A DNA stretch of 42,989 nucleotides, from assembly GCA_043718505.1 (NCBI GenBank), contig JAYSVN010000037.1, positions 1 to 42,989 on the forward strand, read 5' to 3'. Made by a program: the position numbers and the translations under genes. The notes below the pieces were generated by a model that made no database searches, was not told where the DNA came from, and saw only the letters and a list, made by a program, of their open reading frames with translations. This document shows positions 37,332-42,989 of this stretch, one piece after another. Every line of letters begins with the position of its first letter. The stretch's first letter is position 1. Source of the DNA: Minisyncoccota bacterium (lineage in GTDB: Bacteria; Patescibacteriota; Minisyncoccia; Phycocordibacterales; UBA9973).

Positions 37332-39074
37332 TTACTTGTGATTCTTAATCTCACTTTCTAATAGATTTGCAAATTCAGAAAGATCAATCTTACTACTTTC
37401 ACCCTGGCGTTTTTCAACAGTTAGGATATTGGATTCCTTTTCCTTGTCGCCTATTACTACGATGTAGGGCACTTTTTCTGTTTTTGCCTGACGGATACGC
37501 TTGCCAAAAGTTTCTTTGGAGGCATCGACTTCAGCACGAATGTCGAGTGATCGCAGATGCTTGCTGACGCTTTCAGCATATTCAGTATGACTTGTACTGA
37601 TTGGAATAATCACCACCTGAACCGGAGAAAGCCACAGCGGAAATGCACCGGCAAAATGCTCAACAAGAATACCGATAAAACGTTCAAGGGATCCGTAAAT
37701 GACACGGTGAACGACTACCGGAGTCTTTTTCTTGCCATCCTTATCTGTATATTCCAGATTAAACCGGCGAGGCTGTTGGAAATCTAATTGCATAGTTCCC
37801 ATTTGCCAGTCACGTCCGAGAGCATCTTTCATGACAATGTCGATCTTGGGGCCATAGAAAGCACCATCGCCTTCGGCTACTTCAAACATTTTACCTGAGC
37901 GATCCAGAACTTTCTTCAGGGTTTCTTCAGCCTTATTCCATGTTTCAATATCACCCATGTAGGCTTCCGGACGAGTACCCAGTCGGAAAGAATATTCCAA
38001 GCCGAAAATACTATAGAAATCTTTGCAGATAGCCATAATACTTTCGTATTCTGATTCAATCATATCTTCAGTTATAAAGTTATGTGAATCATCCTGCTGG
38101 AAAGACCGGCAACGCAATAGGCCATTGAGTGTGCCTGAGCGCTCATAGCGATGCAGACGATCTGTATCAGATAATCGCAGTGGCAGGTCTTTGTAGCTGA
38201 TCTGCATGGACTTGAAGACAATCATTGCATTCGGGCAGTTCATCGGTTTGATACCATGAATCTCGCCTTCACCCATATCGGCAATAAACATATCATCTTG
38301 ATAGTGATCCCAGTGTCCTGACATCTTCCATAACTCAGCTTTATTGACAAGCGGGCTCATTATTTCCTGATAGCCCAATCGGGCATGTTCCTTGCGCCAG
38401 TAGTTTTCAAGCTCACGGTACACAATCAGACCCTTCGGCAGCCAGTACGGCATACCCGGAGCTGTTTCGTGGAACATGTAAAGTCCAAGCTCACGGCCGA
38501 GTTTTTTATGGTCGCGCTTCTCAGCTTCTTCACGAAGATGAATGTAGTTCTGTAATTCTTCCGGACTTTCAAATGCCAGTCCGTATACACGGGTAAGCAT
38601 TTTATTTTTCTCATCTCCCCGCCAGTATGCGCCTGCCAATCGGTCAAGTTTAAATGAGTCAGGATGAATTGATGACATATCATCAACATGTCCGCCTCTG
38701 CAAAGATCGACAAAGTTTCCGGACTGATAGAAAGTGATTACGCTATTGTCTTTTACAATGCCGTCAATCAATTCAATCTTATACTCATTTCCGCCGTATT
38801 TTCCTCTGGCTTTGTCTTCGGGAACCTCTTCTTTGGAGAAACTATTCCAGGTCGGAAGCATTTCCTTCATTTTTGATTCGATTTTAGGTAAATCTAATTC
38901 TGTGATTTTTTTATCACCCAAATCAACATCATAATAGAATCCGTTATCAATAGCAGGACCAATAGCAAGTTTTGCCTTAGGGTAAAGCTCAATGACTGCC
39001 GCACCGAGCAAATGGGCCAATGAATGGCGCAAATGATCGAGGTGTGTTTTGTTTTTTTCTTCTTGGTTTTCCAT
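37332..39074 (-). CDS. thrS: Threonine--tRNA ligase (no N-terminal TGS domain)
   Basis: RHSLAHL, DLCRGGH, KPMNCP, GAFYGPKID, HRVIYGSLERF. Confidence 0.96.
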   Translation of the reverse strand: MENQEEKNKTHLDHLRHSLAHLLGAAVIELYPKAKLAIGPAIDNGFYYDVDLGDKKITELDLPKIESKMKEMLPTWNSFSKEEVPEDKARGKYGGNEYKIELIDGIVKDNSVITFYQSGNFVDLCRGGHVDDMSSIHPDSFKLDRLAGAYWRGDEKNKMLTRVYGLAFESPEELQNYIHLREEAEKRDHKKLGRELGLYMFHETAPGMPYWLPKGLIVYRELENYWRKEHARLGYQEIMSPLVNKAELWKMSGHWDHYQDDMFIADMGEGEIHGIKPMNCPNAMIVFKSMQISYKDLPLRLSDTDRLHRYERSGTLNGLLRCRSFQQDDSHNFITEDMIESEYESIMAICKDFYSIFGLEYSFRLGTRPEAYMGDIETWNKAEETLKKVLDRSGKMFEVAEGDGAFYGPKIDIVMKDALGRDWQMGTMQLDFQQPRRFNLEYTDKDGKKKTPVVVHRVIYGSLERFIGILVEHFAGAFPLWLSPVQVVIIPISTSHTEYAESVSKHLRSLDIRAEVDASKETFGKRIRQAKTEKVPYIVVIGDKEKESNILTVEKRQGESSKIDLSEFANLLESEIKNHK

Positions 39075-39131
39075 ATTTTTATGAGTAGTCAACTGACATG
39101 CCTACTAGAAAATAATTATTATGTAATAATT

Positions 39132-39647
39132 CTAAAAATGCAAGTTATTTTTTAGCAGCCCCGGCAATATCTCTTTTGCCCTTTCAATAATTCTCTCTCC
39201 AATCTCACCCCAGTCAAAATATTTTTTGTAATCATCTATATCAATAAGCTTAATTTCTGTAATATCACCGGCTGGATCGGCAATAAATTGGCCTTTCGGT
39301 TTAACAATGGCTACGTAACGCAGTTGGTAAAAATATGAGCCGTCGCGGTTATCAATTACTTTTTGATACCCAATCGGTAAACAAGACAGCATTTCCATAT
39401 TTGATTCTTCTGCTATTTCCCGCTTAAGTGTTTCTTCAAGCATTTCTCCTTTTTCTATGGTACCTCCGACTAGTCCCCAATGATTCTTTTTGCCATGCAT
39501 TACAATAACAATTTTATTTTCCCAGAAACAAACAGCGTAAGTCTGTCTACATTGATCGTAAGGTAGCTGGTCAAAGGAATCAGCATCTTCGTATTTAAAT
39601 GTGTATGCAACACCTGAGTATCCTAGATATTGTGAGGTAATTTTCAT
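39132..39647 (-). CDS. NUDIX hydrolase
   Basis: Nudix box GGTIEKGEMLEETLKREIAEESN. Confidence 0.88.
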   Translation of the reverse strand: MKITSQYLGYSGVAYTFKYEDADSFDQLPYDQCRQTYAVCFWENKIVIVMHGKKNHWGLVGGTIEKGEMLEETLKREIAEESNMEMLSCLPIGYQKVIDNRDGSYFYQLRYVAIVKPKGQFIADPAGDITEIKLIDIDDYKKYFDWGEIGERIIERAKEILPGLLKNNLHF

Positions 39648-39648
39648 A

Positions 39649-40749
39649 TTAGATCCCCTCTCCCCTCAATTCCTCCATAATTTTTTTAGCTTTGCTTGAA
39701 AGTTTCTGAGGTAATTCTATATCGAGCTTTACCAAGAAATCACCACGGGAATGTTTGCCGGTCGGTACGCCTTTATTTTTTATACGCAATATTTCACCAA
39801 AAGTAGCGCCTGCAGGAATAGAAATTTCGACTGGGCCATCCAAAGTTTCAACTTTGTAGTCAGCACCAAGCAGCGCATCAGAAAGACGAATTGAAAGCGG
39901 GCTTGAAAGGTTAGAGCCTTCGCGAGCAATGGTTTTGTGTTTTTCAACACGGACCTTGATATAGAGATCTCCAGTAGTACCGTGCGGAACAGCTTCTCCC
40001 ATACCAGACAAGCGAATCATTTCGCCATTTTCAATACCCGCCGGAATAACAACTTCAATTCTTTCTTCTTTTCTTTGCACACCAAGGCCGCGGCAGGTTG
40101 GGCAGGGTTCCTTTGGTACTTTGCCGGCACCATGACATTTTGAACATTCCTGAACTGCAGTAAATGAACCAAGGATTGAACGCTTTGTTTCGCGAACCTG
40201 ACCCTTACCATTACATTTGTCACAAGTAATTGTCTCAGTACCCGGCTTTGCGCCGTTACCATGACATGTCTGGCAGGTTGAAGTTTTATTGATCACCAGC
40301 ATTCGTGTTGAACCAAAAATTGATTCGACAAAAGGAATAGCGATTTCAGTTGAAATATCGCTGCCGCGTGGTTTGCCACGACGGCCACTCATACCCCCTC
40401 CAAAAAATTCAGAAAAAATATCGCCGATATCAAACTCCTGCCCGCCACCGTTTTGGAAACCGGAAAAATCGAAGCCGCCAAAACCTGCCGGATCAAAACC
40501 ACCCTGCTGGCCGAATCCACCCTGGCCAAAACCCTGACCGTCAAATGTTTGTCCGTACGTATCATATTGTGCGCGCTTTTTTTCATCAGAAAGAATTTGG
40601 TAAGCTTCGTTCACTTCCTTAAACTTGTCAGCATTGCCGTCTTTTTTATCAGGATGGTATTTATGAGCCATTTTGTGAAAAGCTTTTTTTATTTCATCTT
40701 TTGAGGCGCCTTTAGGAACGCCAAGGGTTTCGTAATAGTCTTTTTTCAT
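39649..40749 (-). CDS. dnaJ: Chaperone DnaJ
   Basis: HPD J-domain, G/F region, four CxxCxGxG repeats. Confidence 0.96.
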   Translation of the reverse strand: MKKDYYETLGVPKGASKDEIKKAFHKMAHKYHPDKKDGNADKFKEVNEAYQILSDEKKRAQYDTYGQTFDGQGFGQGGFGQQGGFDPAGFGGFDFSGFQNGGGQEFDIGDIFSEFFGGGMSGRRGKPRGSDISTEIAIPFVESIFGSTRMLVINKTSTCQTCHGNGAKPGTETITCDKCNGKGQVRETKRSILGSFTAVQECSKCHGAGKVPKEPCPTCRGLGVQRKEERIEVVIPAGIENGEMIRLSGMGEAVPHGTTGDLYIKVRVEKHKTIAREGSNLSSPLSIRLSDALLGADYKVETLDGPVEISIPAGATFGEILRIKNKGVPTGKHSRGDFLVKLDIELPQKLSSKAKKIMEELRGEGI

Positions 40750-40843
40750 AAGTTTTTTTGTATAGTCATTTATACCATTTTTTTCCTTAGTAAACAAGGA
40801 ATTTGAGCTTGGTATATAAGGGTTTTTTAGATTTTATACTCCT

Positions 40844-41125
40844 TTATATTTTTACTCCTTCTTTCCGGAGTAAGGCAAGTTTAGCTTGCGTGCCTGGTTT
40901 CTTGCCTCGCAAACCATTGTAGCCACCCATCTTACCGTCGCTTCTAATAACTCGGTGACAAGGCACGCCTTTGTTGCTATTTGATTTCATAATAGAACCG
41001 ACTACACGTGCAGCATTTGGACTGCCGGCTTTGGCGGCCACTGCAGCATAGGTCATTGTTTTACCTTTTGGGATGTTGCGAACTATTGCGATAACTTTTT
41101 CTTTAAAATTATTTTTAGAATTCAT
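40844..41125 (-). CDS. Single-domain O6-alkylguanine-DNA alkyltransferase (MGMT family)
   Basis: IPKGKTMTY, AARVVG, active-site PCHRV, LLRKEG. Confidence 0.85.
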   Translation of the reverse strand: MNSKNNFKEKVIAIVRNIPKGKTMTYAAVAAKAGSPNAARVVGSIMKSNSNKGVPCHRVIRSDGKMGGYNGLRGKKPGTQAKLALLRKEGVKI

Positions 41126-41765
41126 GAGCCTTTCCGTGTTCCAAATTAACAAATTTCATATTAGTTACATTATTTTCAAAAACTCGGAAATGAACCATCC
41201 TACCAAAATCTGAAAGAACAGCGTCATGTACAGGAACAGCAAATTCAGCTTTTGATTCTCTGGCGAATTTTATGGCTTCTTTAATGGCCAGCCACGGTGC
41301 AGCAATTGGAACTGCCAGAACCTTTACTTCCCTTTCAGGCAGGGTAAATGCATCACCCGGGTAAAAAAGTTGCGGGGCTCCATCTTTGATACCAAAAAAA
41401 TAACCTGTATTCATAACTCGGCCAAAGGCCTCAAAAACTTCGGCATGAATTGTGCCCTTGCCTTCGAGCTCAAGATTCTTAATATCTGTTTTTTGGCCGT
41501 CTTCAACAATAGTCGTTTTAATATTTTCTGCTTCACACAATTTTGCGACCGCGCTATTTGTCACAACAATAGCGTTTGGATTTTGTTTCAAAACTGCATG
41601 CAGAGAAGGTACATGGAAATGATCAACGTGTTCATGTGTGATGACGATTGCATCGAGATTTCCAACTTCTTCAAAACCATTTGAAAAACTGCCCGGATCA
41701 GTCATGATTCGAACATCGTCAATTTCTATCAAAAGGGCGCAGTGGCCATATTTGGTGATTTTCAT
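41115..41765 (-). CDS. Metallo-beta-lactamase-fold hydrolase
   Basis: GHC, DPG, THEHVDH, PGD, PVHD. Confidence 0.88.
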   Translation of the reverse strand: MKITKYGHCALLIEIDDVRIMTDPGSFSNGFEEVGNLDAIVITHEHVDHFHVPSLHAVLKQNPNAIVVTNSAVAKLCEAENIKTTIVEDGQKTDIKNLELEGKGTIHAEVFEAFGRVMNTGYFFGIKDGAPQLFYPGDAFTLPEREVKVLAVPIAAPWLAIKEAIKFARESKAEFAVPVHDAVLSDFGRMVHFRVFENNVTNMKFVNLEHGKAHEF

Positions 41766-41916
41766 ATGTACATTATAGCAGTTTCTTTTTAATTTTTTGA
41801 GTTATGCTAGGCTGACTTATAGTGTATGGACCAGTTTTTGATCCACTCACAAACTTGATTTATAAGATTGTGGCTGGGCAGTAAAATAGCATTTTTTTAC
41901 ATCTTCTTAGCGCCCT

Positions 41917-41945
41917 TTGACAAAAGCATAATAATCTTATATAGT
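41917..41945 (+). promoter_or_regulatory. Near-consensus sigma70 promoter
   Basis: TTGACA-N17-TATAGT. Confidence 0.7.
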
Positions 41946-41976
41946 ATAGTAAACACGAACCTTAAAAATCCATACA

Positions 41977-42816
41977 ATGACACAGATTAGACTTTCAAAA
42001 AACCACCTTGCTCTCCGCAAGGCGGGGATTCAGGGTTTAGCAGAACCAGCAAATCTTACTGAAGCAGTAATGCTGATTAAGAGCTGGCTAGGCAAAAGAA
42101 AAGCCAGCTTTTACGGGCTTCGGCTCATTCTGGACAAACCCAATGCTCTTGAAACAGACATTGCTTACCACATCAGTGATGCAATTCGCTCAGTAACTGG
42201 CGACGAGCAAATTGCTTTATGGAATAGTTGTAATCGCGAACTCAAATCGCAAATTCTTATTCCTAATGACACACTCGACACCGAACTATTTCGGATGCTT
42301 GGCTTGCCTTGCTCAGAAATAGTCCGTTCGTACCTCAACAAGTTTGCCTTCCCGGCGCCAATAGACTCTCCCTATTCTACTCACTACACCGATTATGATT
42401 ATGATTCTGGTGAAAGATTAGTAGAAATACTGAAGGGTCTATCAACAATGGAAGCACTTGAACTTGTTAACACGACTGACCTTAGAATTTTCTATCTTGT
42501 CGCAGTCGAGGAAATTCAATATTTCGTTGAAACAGATCCGGAAGAAGGACGTCCCCTCTTTTGCGCATTCGATTATGGCGATCAGGTACCAATGAGGACT
42601 CCGTTCCTGTTTTGGATGCAGTCGACCTGCCCGATGCGTTTCTGGGAACTAGTAGACGAGCTCAAAAACCGTAATTGGGATGAGCTTCGTTCAATGTTTT
42701 ACGAAGTTTTCTACAGAACAAACCGTCCTGTTACAGGCCGGCAAAATGAAATCATTGATAACCCTAGCGAGCAGTATCTTGATGATTTGCTCCGCGACAA
42801 AGACAACGACTACTGA
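41977..42816 (+). CDS. Hypothetical protein
   Basis: 279-aa ORF behind a near-consensus promoter; no recognised motif. Confidence 0.7.
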   Translation: MTQIRLSKNHLALRKAGIQGLAEPANLTEAVMLIKSWLGKRKASFYGLRLILDKPNALETDIAYHISDAIRSVTGDEQIALWNSCNRELKSQILIPNDTLDTELFRMLGLPCSEIVRSYLNKFAFPAPIDSPYSTHYTDYDYDSGERLVEILKGLSTMEALELVNTTDLRIFYLVAVEEIQYFVETDPEEGRPLFCAFDYGDQVPMRTPFLFWMQSTCPMRFWELVDELKNRNWDELRSMFYEVFYRTNRPVTGRQNEIIDNPSEQYLDDLLRDKDNDY

Positions 42817-42989
42817 TGGAAAAAACAAAAAAACCTAAGACCAAAATTCTGGCCACGAGTACAGACATTGTCCCAGCCTACCTTTATACTCAGTATAAAA
42901 AGAAAAAGGAGAAGGAAGTGGCGCGAGAAGTTATACGCATTGCTCAATTCTATGGGAAATTCCTCATGCAGAAACGGATGCAAGCCGAA
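42816..42989 (+). CDS. Hypothetical protein, truncated by window end
   Basis: TGATG stop/start overlap with the previous gene; frame MEKTKKPKTKIL... open to the edge. Confidence 0.55.
   Translation, partial: MEKTKKPKTKILATSTDIVPAYLYTQYKKKKEKEVAREVIRIAQFYGKFLMQKRMQAE

Noticed and set aside
40380-40540. Short repeated units within dnaJ
   Set aside because: They encode the normal Gly/Phe-rich region, not a DNA repeat array
41825-41885. Weak hairpin (CCAG...CTGG) in the divergent promoter region
   Set aside because: Pairing is imperfect and there is no terminator; insufficient for an ncRNA call
1-42989. CRISPR array, integrase/transposase, att-like direct repeats bounding the island
   Set aside because: None seen by eye; island status rests on composition and gene content only

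Overview
Bacterial chromosomal segment with the hallmarks of Patescibacteria/CPR, probably Parcubacteria-like (an inference): AT-rich, few Shine-Dalgarno motifs, many -10 boxes 5-7 nt before start codons, trimmed aminoacyl-tRNA synthetases, and a murG-ftsW-mraY-dacA-scpB-scpA block. Most of the window is housekeeping (rsmI, ctpA, rplI, rpmA, ABC-F, OmpR-type two-component pair, M23 peptidase, gltX, cell-wall/division genes, aspS, two ABC exporters, rplU, corA, cysS, thrS, dnaJ). The standout is a ~9.8 kb accessory island between cysS and thrS (27524-37306, all minus strand). It encodes a SpeD-type decarboxylase, an EamA exporter, a PRMT-like methyltransferase, a stand-alone DUF2156 aminoacyl-transferase, a split membrane-sensor/small protein/GAF histidine kinase module, and an apparently co-transcribed cassette of SAM methyltransferase, truncated AlaRS-like enzyme, MccF-like S66 peptidase and anticodon-less AsnRS-like enzyme. 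This resembles a biosynthesis/immunity/sensing system for an aminoacyl-nucleotide-type or other aminoacylated small molecule. Non-coding candidates: a ~260-300 nt structured element next to a putative nuclease gene (5214-5515), a possible two-component-regulated sRNA plus an unannotated 23-aa Lys-rich peptide gene (9499-9816), and a 109-bp element with 18-bp perfect terminal inverted repeats between ftsW and murG. No tRNA, rRNA, CRISPR array or transposase was recognised. All family assignments come from motif recognition by eye; no searches were run.
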